From contig NC_092670.1 of assembly GCF_964355755.1 (NCBI RefSeq), positions 15,300,795 to 15,364,794 of the forward strand: DNA of 64,000 nt. The letters run 5' to 3'. This document shows, piece after piece, positions 1 to 13,081 of this stretch. A program made the translations under genes and the position numbers. The stretch is from Antedon mediterranea. Taxonomy: Eukaryota; Animalia; Echinodermata. Positions within the stretch are counted from its first letter, which is position 1. Each line of letters begins with the position of its first letter. Below the pieces are notes generated by a model. The model searched no databases and was not told the origin of the DNA. It saw only the letters and a list, made by a program, of their open reading frames with translations.

Positions 1-36
1 TGCAAGAGTCTTCTAAGCAACAGAAGGCCTACTTAC

Positions 37-3000
37 GGGTGAATCAAATTTGATTGTCCAAAATTCTTCTCTTCCCTCGTACAAAAAGTTGCAAGACGGG
101 TTCGAAAATTCTGGCAAAAGAACAGGCGGATCTACATTGACATTCATAGGAAAACCGTAAGCTACACCAGTAACAAGAAAAAACAAACCCGTTATAATAA
201 CACAAAGAAGCATATTTTATGCTCTAAGCATTTTTAAATATTACATTAGCAAATTTAAATGTCGTCCTATTTAATGATTTTTAAAACGTACCAGATACAA
301 TCAAATATCCAGCCTTTGGATAACTTTGAGCACTGTAAGAGAATTGGGAAGAAAGAATGTATAGTATCCCTGGTTAACCAGGAAAGAGTGTATTTTCACT
401 CTATAACTGGCACACGAGTATATCATACTTAATATTGTTCATACTGTATTATGTCGTTTGGAAATTATGATGAACCTCATAGGCATACTCACCCATTATT
501 ATCTGTAGCCGTAAAGTTGAATATATAGGTGCCTTCTTCATTAGGTCTAAAAGACAGTTTTGCTTTGACGACTTTCTTGCCCGGTTCTGAATCTTTAACG
601 TATGACATTATCATTCCATATGGAAGACTTCCTTGGATTTCAGTTACACTAAAAGAAACTGTTACGATAAAATACTACGACAAAGGCACAGTATTTGTTT
701 TCAAACATTTCATACCACAATTTTCACGCTGCTGCTCTTGCCCGCTACGTCCCGTTAGGACTACTCAATCAGAAGCTAAAGCAAGCAACAGTTATAGTTC
801 TAATGACGACAGTTTTGCGAAAATGGAAACTCCACTATGATTTATTGATTCCAGCTGCTACAGTAGACCCAAAAAAGTCTGGGAAAAGAGTCTATTGGGA
901 CATTTCATGCTAAAATTACAAATCCCAAAGCATTTCTGGTATATTCACTGTCAGATATTCATTGAATTATTATCGAAACAGTCCATTAAAGTTTGTGTTT
1001 GTAATAGGATACTTCACACTTGAAATATCTAGGGTGATGAAGTGACCCCCAGACTTGACCTTAGCAATAAAATTAACTAAAGTGACAGAAATTGAGTATT
1101 CACTTCTGTAAAAAAAATTTTAATTTACATATAAAAAGAGAAAAGAAACCCCAAAACCATTGTCTGACAGACAATTTAAGTATTTGTTGCTTTAAATTAC
1201 ATTTTTTCAGGTAAAATAACTATTATGTGACAATAAAATGACACATTCAAAAATTAAAAAATATTTTTCAATAAGCGAGCAGCGTTTTTTGTAAGAAATA
1301 TTTCTTGTTTAGTTTGTTACTATCTTTCTCTAGTAAGATAAACTCTGTCGCAAAAAAGGAGGGAACTGTTTTTGTCAGTCTGAGATAGATAAAAATATTC
1401 CAGAAACAAGTTTCTCAACATGTTTGCAGAAAGAGGGTCACAATCTCATTAAATAATACAATTTGTCTTTATCAATATCTACTGAGACAAAAAAATATAT
1501 ACTTTTGTGCACCTGATCCCTTTTGTATTGAAGCATCTGAATCCTTCGGTATTAAAGCAGTGACTACACTGTTCCAAGTTTCTCCAGGAGCAATAACACT
1601 GCACTCCTCTAAATCAATTCTTGGTTTTACAACTGCAGTAGTGAAAAATACCATTTGAGTCTAGGGATGATGAGCCCTTGATAAATATTTATATCTTTCA
1701 AAATGTGTTATCTTCACAAAACATAATTTTACATGACGATGTTTTTTGTATTGTTTGAGACCACAAAATAATAATAATAATAATAGTTTTCTCTAATACT
1801 TACGAATACTGAAAACATATCTGAAAGCAGAGGAGCTGTGTAAGACTTTGCACAACATACACGCATTTAAAGTAACTGAAAAACCTTTATCTAAAGATAC
1901 CAAATATGTTCCAGCTTCCAAGTTTTTTAACGCTTTATACCGAGCTATCGTAGGATCGCCTGCAGGAAATTCTACCTCATCTGGATTTGCAGCATCATAT
2001 TTGGCGTATTTTGTTCCGGAACTATCCATTACCATAATATACGCAGATTTTTCTGGTCTGGAAATCTATTGACAAATGTGGTGAAACATAAACTTAAGCT
2101 CTGTCTACACTAACTAACTCGTTCGACAAAAAAAAAGTGTGATGTGCCCAAATATGGTAGTGATATGAAGACATTATATCTATATGAGCACATCACATAT
2201 TTTTTTCACATAAAGTTTGATCGTGTATACAGAGCCTTAGAGTTGGCTACACATTTTAACGTTATTCAACCGCCCGATGGTTCATAGACCCTTTATTTTG
2301 TGTAAAACGGTTTCTAATAATATTTCACTGTCACTGTTACTCATTTATTCCAGGGTTGTCCTACTTACGGGTGAATCAAATTTGATTGTCCAAAATTCAT
2401 CTATTTCTTTGTACAAAGAGTTGCTAGATGGGGTCGAATATTGTGGTAGAATAGCAGGGCTCCTTTCTAAAAATACAAGACCAACCAATGTTAGTTGTGA
2501 TTTTATAAGAGATGTTCACAGATAAGGGTGTATCATTATGGTAACAAAATGAATTATGTTCTGTAAGAAATCACTCATATCATGATATTATAATTTATTA
2601 CATAATACAATATGCAAATATTTAATGTTTTAACTAACTTGCAATCAAACATCCATTCTTCGGATCACTTTGAACACTGATTAGTATTTTTATGTAGAAA
2701 AAAAAAGAATTAAATTTCATAATTGACATATGTTTACAGCATTAATAAAACATGTAGATTGTTTATAATCGTTATTTTAAAAGGCGCTCTTTAGAATTAG
2801 TTTTCAGTTTCCATATGAAAACTAGGTATGTTTTGTAAACCTACGTAGCTTACCCATTGTTATCAGTAGCTGTAAAGCTGAACACATAGATACCCTCTGC
2901 ATTAGGACTAAACGTCAGGTAAGCCTCTATTCTGCGGTTAGTTATCCGGGTCTGAAAGTATGACATTCCCTTTGGATAACTCCCCTGGAATTCATTTACA

Positions 3001-6000
3001 CTAAATCAAAAATTCATAGTTACAGTAAAATAATGGTAAATATAGAATCGGTTTAATAACAAAACAAACGTTTTTAAAATGTTATTCTGTGGGAATTTAT
3101 TTGAATGTTAATGTAGGCCTACGTCTTAAGAAAAACAAAAGGTCTGGAATACATACGTCGATGCACTTGATCCCTTTTGTAATGACGCAGTAGCGATACT
3201 GTTCCAGGTTTCTCCAGGAGCAATCACGCTGCAATCTTCAAGATCAATCTTTGGTCCTATACATGATCCGGCTAAAGAAAAGAAAAAAAAGAGATGCAGA
3301 TTCGATTAGACGATACATTCCTGTGCTCAAAAACACAACTCTCGTCACACAAGTGTTGAGCGAAACATGTCAATTTATTTGTTTTAGCTAGTTATGTGCA
3401 GTAAACCACTACTTATATTGGCTGGCCTGGCTATTAAAGTTGATTTATTATGTACTTAACTCATATATAACTACATTTTACGACGATAACGGATTTAAAG
3501 CCGATTTTCCACTATTCGAATTATGCGCATGCGTATACCAGTTTCTGTTTGCCATACTCCCTTCTGTGACGAATTCTAGTTCTTTGATTTTTCGCCGCAG
3601 CGAAATTTACTACTGTAGTTAGTTATCCGCACCTTGGCAGATAACTCCTTGTGATTGTATGAAATCATCATAAACTTTTTTTTGTATTATTAGTTATCCG
3701 CTTAATAACTCCAAGTTATTGTAGGCCCCCTATTGGATCATCACTTTTTTCTGTATTATTCTTCTTTCTTTTTTCCCTTTTTGTGAGTCGCGTTTCTCTA
3801 AAAAGTGTAAACATAACATTTCATAACTTTGACAACATGTGGACATTTACGTGAAGTTGTACACCTCCTATTTTTGAAAGACATCAGAGTTGCGCAACGA
3901 TTTTATGAATTTCAATAATTGATCAACAGATTAAACACCAAAAGTCACTTTTAATTTAATTTAAGTCATATCAAGGGCAAACTTTCTATGGAATAAAAAT
4001 GTCATGTTTCAAAAGAAGTTAAGATTTCGATTTAGTTTTTTTTTTTAATTGTTTCTACGTTTTGCGAAGCAAAATATTGCGCAACCAATCAGAGCTCAAG
4101 AAATGAGCTATGAAGCTTTCATGCAAATCGAAAACCTCAGCAGTCACAGGAACATGAACGTCGTAGTCTGAGAGATGAGTCGATTTAGTGCACATATTTT
4201 ACCATTGGTCTTAATATGATTTTTGTTTGAGACATACATTGGTACATCGGAAAACCCAATTTTTAAGTGATGCACTTTTAGGTCAGAGGTCAATGACCTA
4301 TTCTTTCACGTAATTTTACCAATATCTTTATTTTATGGCACAGTATTTGATGAAATGCGTCAATTCTTTTTTAAATTAGGCTCAATTCAAAGCTGATGAA
4401 TCATAAAAAGTCATTTTACAAAAAAATAAATGGAAAATAAACTAATTTTATTTTTTTATTTTAATGAATAAATATTTTCACATTGACCTTGTATGTAAAT
4501 TAGCTAATAGTATGGAGCGCCGTCCGCCAATATAACGGTTATTGTTGTTTTTATTAGCACTGTACTATATCTATCTAAATATATTTATCATGCTTATAAA
4601 GTTAAGATATATATTTTGCTTAGAAAACGAAATTAATTAATTCATTTATCTTGTGACCATAAATTGCTTTATTTGGCAATGTAATTATTATTTTGTTAAT
4701 AACTAGGGGCCAGAGGCCTAACGTAAATAAAGTCAGGCGATAAGCCTGAATGAATGTATTATTACGTACATTTCTTTTCCTATAACAATTTATATCAGGC
4801 CTAGTTAATGTTATTATGTTAATGAACTTTTCTCATTACAGAACTATGAAATATAAACTACATTAATATTTGTTTGGAAAGAAGAATATTAGTTTGAAAT
4901 AGAATAGTGCAGTAAATTTTATTTTATTTTGATTGTTAATTATTTCATTCACCAGAGGAAAGGCAGATACTAGATGCAGGGGCTGCCATAAGAGTCAGCA
5001 ATGCTGATTTCAAATGCCTAACGGGACCCCAGCTCCATATACAGCACCCGATATTCCCAGATGGTCTCCCATCCAAGCTCTAGCCAGGCCCAACGTTGCT
5101 TAACTTCGGTGATCTGAAGAGAACCGGTGTTTCAACGGTGGTAAAGCCGTATATAGAAATATTGAGGATAAATAAAAAGTACTTATTTTGTTTTTAAAGA
5201 AAAAAAAATGGGCCGTCAACTTTCCAGCTCGATAATACTGGGTCTACCTCCCGATTTGTGTTAATAGATTTCAGCAAAACCAAAAAAATACAATTAATTC
5301 AGCAACGAAACAAAGCCAGACTAGGTCTAGCTGGTACTATGTTCGTACGTTACAGACGATTTACCAGCAGAATTGAAGTGGGTCCTACGAAACTAAGCCG
5401 AGGGAAGAGAGAAACATTCGGTTATTGATACATGCATTTATCAATCCATAAATGGTCTTAAAAATGATCTTTGACTATGAAAACATGGACCACTTTTCAA
5501 AACCTCTTCTGGCGACTAGAATAGTAGCCGAAATTGTGCTAAATGAGTAAGGTATTATTATACACAGAAGTAAAACACATTATAGCTTGCCCTCAATCGG
5601 TCGATAATTCTATTCACATATTATATGGCTACTTACGTGACGTAACTTTGAGTAGAAATTGGAATGGAACTGTGCTCTTAGCTTTTTTGTAACTTTTATC
5701 TTCAAAATCTTCAATCATAATGGAAGCGGCATACCAACCTTCCGCACTATCTTCTCCGGTATTAAACTCGATCGTGCATGATGTCTACAATAATTATATT
5801 AACATTAACAACATATGACATTTTCAGTTGTCTTTTGGTTCATCAGTTATTTATCAAATTCACGTACAAGAGACTATCTGTACATCCTTTAAATGTGTTT
5901 TACGTTATAGTTGTATTTGTTATGTTTAACCAGTTCATGTTAACTAAAATTATAGATAACTAGATGGTACGCTCGCTTCGCTCGCGTACCATCTAGTTCG

Positions 6001-8963
6001 TGCCCACAGATGGTTCTCGAATACATAGTAATTTCAGCGTAAAAAAACTGGCGATTTCAAATGTACGTACGGCAGGACTATAAAACATTGTCGTTTACAG
6101 AAACAAATAAATAGACACAATTATTTATGTAGTCAACCAAAATTAGCACCTAGAAACTTGTCACAAAATGAGTCGAAATTTGTTATTTGAACTCATTTAA
6201 ACAAACCCAATTTTGTTAAATTATTCTTTATATTTCTTTATTATCCAATCAGTAACGAAATATTTTTTTTATAGGCCTATAAATAATATACCACTAAATA
6301 GAGTAAAACATTTCCGATTTAATAATTTATTAAAACTGTCACTGTCTCATGGTCGATTGAAATAGTAAAGTACATTTAAAGACCACTAATACGTTTATAT
6401 TTTTGTAATTATTAAATAATACAAACGTTGAGAAACAACTGACAGTAATAAAGTATATTATGTGTTTATAATCTAAAAGTAGGAGCTACCCATACTCACA
6501 GTGATAACGTTTATTAGTATATTTGTTTATATTCTAACAGTACCAACACACTTTTGAATCAAAAGTGGTTAATACCTATTTCCAGTATTGTATAGCATTA
6601 CAATACTATTTCTGTTTATTCTCCAAGGGTCTATAAATTTACCTACTTGTGTTAAACATGGAGGTATGCAATAATTTGGAATGTTCCATTCATTGCAAAT
6701 CAATACATTTCTATAAACGTATATTAAATCTATCAAAATAGTATTTTTTAAAGAAAATCGGCCTGTCTTCAACATTATGATGCTGTACTCGAGCTGTTCA
6801 ACCGGTTTTCAGTCATTAAAAACAGTTATTTTAGGAGGAGATAGGAAAATGCGAAGCATCCTCGTATTATTGTATGCGGGTATTTTTCACAATGGACATG
6901 TATTAGACAGTGTATACCACGATCGGAAAACATCCCTATTTGGGGCAAATCGTTGAACCTAAATTCGTTTTAATTGTCAATAACTAATTATCTGACTCAA
7001 TTTAATTAGTAAAAAGGGTTACATCAGGTGGTTAAAATCAGTACCGAAAGTACGAACCAACTTTATATACCATCGAGTAAACATTATAGAAGTAAGGCGC
7101 GATTTACCGAATTTTGCCCTTACGTAAATTTATATATAGATATCATTATAAATAACGTGAAAGAGGAAAAAGAAGAATATTCTGACAAAATCTTATAGTT
7201 TCCGTAACTACCGTATTAAGTGTTGTAAAATCTGTGGGACGTCCACACACAGGATCATTATTGTAAAGCGTATCACTTCGTCTCTCTGGGCATTCATTAG
7301 TTCTTGTCCATCGACATTTAACTGGATCTCCGTCTATATCAATAGCTAAAAGATAAACAAGTATGTACCATTAAGAAGGATATACACACATAAATAAACT
7401 TTGTCTACACTATCAAACTTTATATGACAACAAAATGCGATGTTCTCATATTATATGGATATTTATGATGTCATAATACAATATTTGGGCATATCACTAC
7501 CATATTTGGACTAGTTTGACAAAATGGTTAGAGTTATTTGTATTTGGGTAGCTATATCTAAATATAAACAACTCACGGTTAAGATCGATAACTCTGTTAC
7601 AGCCTTGTCTGACTCGATGAACTGGTAAACCAGCCATAACTCTTGGAGAATTGTTTTCCAATTTTATTGAAGTGTCAACTTTGGTCAGTAGTGACCAACA
7701 TTTTCCACCGCCGTAGTTTTGAAGGCCAATCCAGCTACTATCAGAACATTCTTCTTTTGTTTTAAAACTGACAAGAAAAATGAAGATAATATAAAACTCT
7801 TGTTTTCAACAAAACTTTCTTCTACATGGCTGCAGGCGCGTGCGCAAATTTGAGTTAAGCTTGGTTCCCACTAGAACGTAACGCAAGGACGTAAACGCAA
7901 CGCAAAAGCGTTTTAACCAATGACAAGCGAGGTTATAGGCAGTTAGCCAATCACAAGCGAATAAGCCATCGCTTGTGATTGGTCAATTCACTTGCGTTGC
8001 GTTACGTTCTTGTGTTGCGTCGCCAGTGGGAACCACGCATTAGTGTTTACCGACATTTAGTGTTTACCGTCCGACACAGTGAGCTATTAGAGTCGAGTTG
8101 CATGCGAATTAAAATACTATTTTCTGTGTGTTTGTAAACAATGTCGTTTATGTTTTTTAAATAAAATGTTTGTGTATTTCACTAATACTGATGCTCTAAT
8201 TAAAACAGGATTTTTATAGATGAGTTCAAATTTAAATGTAAAAAAAAAGGCCAATGGAAGAGAAGTGACAAACCAATAATGATATTGTATCAACAGTTAT
8301 AAAGACAATCTGAAAACTGTATATCTACTATAGCAAAGATACACTTGTCGGCCAATGTAAGTAATCGTGGATCTGATACATTGTAGTCTTGAGATTGAAA
8401 CCTCAGCCCAATAGTGATTATGAAATTCGGAAAGGAATCATTGGCTGTTTAGCTTAGTTTTAAAAACTGTCAAGATTTTGACTCTTTAAACAAATAAATG
8501 TGTATAGGCACTACTCCTGAAAATATAATTTCATTTAAATGGAGGATACCATCACACTGTCTTCATACTGTCTTATTATGCGTACTAAATGAACACGAGC
8601 ATGTAGGCCTACTTACGCAATTGTGAATGCCTCGCGGTCTGCCTTATAATCAACGTATCCATCAAAAAGACTCCATTTCATCTCTTTTGAAGTGAATGCA
8701 CATTCAAGATATAGCGGTGAAGAAATTGTTTTATTTTCACGGCAGTCTGTACAGGTCAAAGCAAGAGCTGTTTCTGCTTGCTTTTCTTGTCCAATAAAAT
8801 TACAAAAATACTCTTCGAAGTCGTAGTTTTGTTCAAATGCGAGACGCCAAAAAATACGGATATGTTTGTTGCCAAGTCGTTCCCAGTAAAACGTGCCACC
8901 ACGATAGTGAGAAGCGTACACCCCAGCTACCACCAAGGCCATAAAGAGTACCAGAGTCCTCAT
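37..8963 (-). CDS. Secreted HYRGG-domain / Ig-like module protein, paralog A (3' part, probably with a ZP domain, lies left of the window)
   Basis: GT-AG exons 8963-8617, 7767-7577, 7345-7212, 5784-5637, 3271-3157, 3000-2854, 2676-2639, 2466-2369, 2065-1804, 1632-1503, 648-493, 332-292, 161-37 splice into 644 stop-free codons. Starts MRTLVLFMALVVAGVYA-SHYRGGTFYW (signal peptide); motifs NNSP, DIDGDPVKCRW, GWYAASIMIEDF, STVPFQFLLKV. Exon-for-exon homologous to the gene at 14846-22005. Confidence 0.88.
721..1309 (+). repeat. ~590-bp interspersed repeat; inverted copy at 12478-13081
   Basis: Reverse-complement match along its whole length, high identity by eye; sits in an intron of paralog A. 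Confidence 0.85.
2096..2239. mobile_element. Short MITE, TIR CTGTCTACACTATCAAAC-like family
   Basis: Inverted ends ctctgtctacac / gtgtatacagag; internal gtgatgtgcccaaatatggtagtgat. Related copies at ~7397-7520, ~51940-52074 and 57659-57825. Confidence 0.7.
4935..5154 (-). mobile_element. 5S rRNA-derived element (probable SINE3); 5S-like head at 5154-5037
   Basis: Minus strand reads ATATACGGCTTTACCACCGTTGAAACACCGGTTCTCTTCAGATCACCGAAGTTAAGCAACGTTGGGCCTGGCTAGAGCTTGGATGGGAGACCATCTGGGAATATCGGGTGCTGTATAT, clearly metazoan 5S with box A and box C. No oligo-T terminator; continues into a ~100-bp GC-richer body and an A-rich tail. Confidence 0.8.
5960..7140 (-). mobile_element. Non-autonomous Helitron
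   Basis: On minus strand the 5' end is a|TCTATATATA (7140). The 3' end is a GC-rich hairpin (ctagatggtacgc...gcgtaccatctag) finishing CTAG|t at 5960. Inserted at an AT dinucleotide, no TSD. Confidence 0.75.
7857..8040. mobile_element. MITE, TIR AAGCTTGGTTCCCACTAG family
   Basis: Palindromic element gcttggttcccact...agtgggaacca with internal ccaatcacaagcga / gcttgtgattgg. Other copies at 20125-20294, ~28464-28616 and ~49961-50096. Confidence 0.75.
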
Positions 8964-9539
8964 AATGACCTGCCAAAAATTAAAATTCATGGCTAACAAG
9001 ATTGCTGTGCACCTTATTTCAATAAAAATGTATCTATTAAGGATGCAAGATATGTCGAGGCATATATGTTTAAATTTAATTGTTCGTACTTCTCAAGTAT
9101 TATTATTGAGAAGAAACACTCCCAAAAATGTTTATTATATCAGAACTAATACGACTATGTACTTTTTATTATTGTTACTTCCCAATTTTTTTGACTGAAA
9201 ATAAAATACATATAAACACAACAGGCAAAGAACATTAATTCTAAACCGCCCGGTGATATACTGAAATTTAATTAATTTATTTAAAACGATAAAATGAGGA
9301 AATCTCTGAGAGAAAAACATTTAAATTGATTTTTTAACATATTTTGATCTTCCATAATTTATTATAAAATATTCAGCTTCCTTAAGTTATTACATCCAAC
9401 ATATTTACAAATATATTTATTCATCAAATCACAATAAAATAATAGTATGTACTGTCTAATGATTCAAGAAAATGATGAAATGGGGTCGCACTATTTCATT
9501 ATCAAAGAATACACATTGACATAATGGTTTCATCTTCTA

Positions 9540-9760
9540 ATTACCTCCGCCAAATGTTTTCACCCCTGTATGTTTGTGTGTGTGTCTGAACAGCCTAAGG
9601 GCCACCGTTTTTATCCGATTCTCACAAAATTTGGCCACAATGATTTATGCCTCAAAGGCTCGGACGAGTTCGAATTTACTAACCTTAGCCACAACGATCA
9701 ATGACTCATCATATAATTGTGGTTAAATTTTGAAGGGTCATGGTCAAAGCTCAAGGTCCA
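9540..9760 (+). repeat. Helentron-associated (HINE/DINE-like) repeat fragment
   Basis: Starts ttacctccgccaa...atgttttcacccctgtatgtttgtgtgtgtgtctg with a GT microsatellite, a layout typical of these elements; recognised from memory only. Confidence 0.4.
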
Positions 9761-9849
9761 CAAAAAACGAAAAAAAAAGAAATAAAAAAATAATAATAAT
9801 AAAAAAAAAACGTCAGTCTTAATATCATGCCCTCTCTTATTCCAACGGT

Positions 9850-10770
9850 TTGTAGCTTCCTCTCGCAAAATGTGTGCGGTCGGGTGGTTCAGTTTCAGCG
9901 CCAGAACCAATTACGTGCGGAGTGCCTCATGGTACTAAATTAAATGATTTGCTCAACAATGTACTAGATAGATGGAAATTTGTTGATGACCTGACGATTG
10001 GCGAGGTGATTTCATTACGGGGACCTGAAGATTGTTCGATTCAAAGCAACCTTGATGCTCTTTCCAGCTGGTGTGTGGAGAATTATGCAAAACCAAATCC
10101 TGTAAAGTTTCAAGTGATGCGTGTTATTTTTTTTTTTGTGTAATGTAAAAGTGACCTCAAGTTGGACATGCAGATATAAGTCGTTTCCAAGGCATCACGT
10201 CGACTATATATGCTATACATTCTGACGCGTTTTGGAGCCCCAAAACGATGACCTGGTTTTTACTTTTACAACATACATTCGTCCTTTACTTGCTTACTTA
10301 TGCCAGTCCTCTTTGACATAACTCGATCACCAATAAACAGAGTGATCAACTTATTTTATCCAAAAGCGTGTTGTGAAACTTATTATTGGATATAAAAACT
10401 GATTAGTTAGTTACGCAAAATCACTTGAAACCCTCATAACCCAGCATAGACGTCAGGTTCTCTTTATAACTTTAAGAAGGTTGGTAAACAGCATATGAAA
10501 TTTGGTATTGTAAAAGGAGTCTAAGGAGTGATATATTTTTTAAACAGCATATATGTCTTTATATTCATGCATTAGGTATTCTAGTTGGATAGTGACAGTA
10601 GTGATACACATTATTACGCAATCAATTTCCTCCTTTTTTATATTTTTTTATCATTGGTTTTATACTTTTTTACAAATTTTAATATTGAACAAATGTAAAT
10701 ATCTTTGTAATTCAGCTAAGGCTGCGATAATGATATTGAAATAAATGAAATAAAAAAAAAATTAAAAAAA
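9850..10770 (+). mobile_element. Decayed LINE (L2/CR1-group) RT 3' fragment
   Basis: Translates to CGVPHGTKL...WKFVDDLT (GVPQG and YADD-equivalent RT motifs), then frameshifted YIRPLL-like sequence; A-rich tail at ~10740-10770. Confidence 0.75.
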
Positions 10771-12477
10771 ATTATTGAAACTGAAAATTGTTTTTGGTTT
10801 TTAGTGTAAATTTAAAAACATAACAAATGGATCCCTGTTGGTGCTAACCTGATCATAATTTTTACTGTTATTATAAACATTAGCTAAAATGTATTTAAAT
10901 CATCATGGAGGATATTTTTGTCTCAGATACTAATAAAGGTTGTTTGATAAACCATATAGACATCACCACACACACAACAGTGCAATAACTATATGGTAAT
11001 GAATAAGTGTATTATTTTTATTTTTTATTTTCCATATAGTATTTTAAAATTAGATTGTTTTAAATAATCATCAAGTTATGAATTATAAATAATATTATAT
11101 CAAATATAGTATATACAACTTTATTGTGATACAAGTTCAGTAGGCCTACCTACACACATATAACATTTAGAATGTTGAATCAGCTTTAAAACTCTTTAAA
11201 AAAAACTTATCTATCGTATAAAACAGTAAAATATAGCCCAGTACCGTATTGTAAATAAATGTAGGAACCTTTCAGTAAATAGTATGTACAATATTAATGT
11301 ATTAATTTTGTAACTACGGAAGCGTATTGCTGCCAACCAAAACAAATAAATAAATAAAAGTCGGACATTATCTCATAATGTATCATTAATTAGCTTAACA
11401 TGTCCAATATGTGATGCTTTTACTCTACCAATGCTTTTGGTCAAACCATGGATAAGTAGTTCAGATAATTCTCCATAGTCAAAAGCATCCATTTTTAGAA
11501 GACTGGAAATTGACATACTAATTTAAAGACGATAGAAGACACGAAACCATTTTCACATTGTATGCACGATGTTCGGCACAATGCCGTATTTTCAACATTT
11601 TGATAAATGAGCCAACTTCCAAATATCAAATTAAACTCTATATTTACGGTGGTAAAAAGACAACATTTTGAAGTTTTGTTTTAACATGTGCACACAACCA
11701 CAACCTGTTTGACCTACTCTGAAATAATTTTGTTAATAATAATAATAATAACACTAATAATAATAATAATAATAATAATAATATTTATTCGGTCATCAAT
11801 GTAAAAATAACCAGGAATGAATGTTATGTAAAAAGAACGTAACACGATAGTATAGGCATAGACCTACTACTGGTAGGCCAGGTATCAGGTGCTAGCTAAC
11901 GCTATGCTAATAACATTGATCACAATTTTACAAAAGTGTAGGCCTACGTACACCACGTATCTTAAAAGTTAGTATTTAGTACCACAGCAAGCGTGACATT
12001 AATACTTACGTTAGCAACGTAACCTCTTACCTCGTAACAATTAAACAAATATCTCAATGAGTTGTTGAGTTGAAATGATATTGTATATTAAGTGGTTGTG
12101 ATTCTATAGTATTTATGATCGTTACACCGAGGGGTGAAGGTAAAACGGCTTATTATGACAACATTTTTATTTAAACAAATCACAACACTCCATGCCCTCG
12201 GCCAGGCCCGGCAAACTCATCATATATGAAAATATATTTCCTCTTCACTAATAAAAGTAAAGTTCGTTGGCTAAATCCAGATGTTATTTTGAATACTATT
12301 TAAAATGTATGCATTAGTTCTCATTTCAGGCATGTTTATTAAAGAGCTGAGATTCTTTACGGTTTTCCCTTTTTGTTTTATGTTTTAAAGTTCCTTAGAA
12401 AATTAAACGAATAATTAATAGATGCTTGATTCCAACGATCTATAAAAAGACCAAATCCAATATCAATCTTATATAAT

Positions 12478-13081
12478 AACAAGAAATATTTCTTACATAA
12501 AACGCTGCTCGCTTATTGAAAAATATTTTTTATTTCAAATGTTTTTGAATGTGTCATTTTATTGTCACATAATAGTTATTTTACCTGAAAAAAATGTAAT
12601 TTAAAGCAACAAATACTTAAATTGTCTGTCAGACAATGGTTTTTGGGTTTCTTTTCTCTTTTTATATGTGAATACATTTTAGTTTTTGTTACAGAAGCGA
12701 ATACTCAATTTCTGTCACTTTAGTTAATTTTATTGCTAAGGTCAAGTCTGGGGTTCACTTCATAACCCTAGATATTTCAAGTGTGAAGTATCCTATTAAA
12801 AACACAAACTTTAATGGACTGTTTCGATAATAATTCAATGAATATCTGACAGTGAATATACCAGAAATGCTTTGGGATTTGTAATTTTAGCATGACATGT
12901 CCTAATAGACTCTTTTTCCAGACGTTTTTTTGGGTCTACTGTAGCAGCTGGAATCAATAAATTATAGTGGAGTTTCCATTTTCGCAAAACTGTCGTCCTT
13001 AGAACTATAACTGCTGCTTGTTTTAGCCTCTGATTGAGTAGTCCTAATGGGACGTAGCTGGCTAGAGCAGCAGCGTGAAAA
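12478..13081 (-). repeat. Inverted copy of the 721-1309 repeat
   Basis: Reverse complement of 721-1309 with scattered substitutions and small indels. Confidence 0.85.

Noticed and set aside
13-213. ORFs 13-213 and 18168-18401 appear to start with signal peptides
   Set aside because: The hydrophobic leaders are translated polypyrimidine tracts; the real acceptors are at 161 and 18352 and both are internal exons.
5037-5154. Functional 5S rRNA gene
   Set aside because: Solitary and intronic, with altered loop E and no oligo-T terminator.
12004-12095. Possible non-coding first exon and promoter of paralog A (GAG|GTAAGA at ~12030)
   Set aside because: Plausible, but homology to B's exon 1 is too weak to support.
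721-13081. Inverted 590-bp pair as TIRs of a giant transposon that captured paralog A
   Set aside because: No TSD, and paralog A exons continue collinearly across the left copy.
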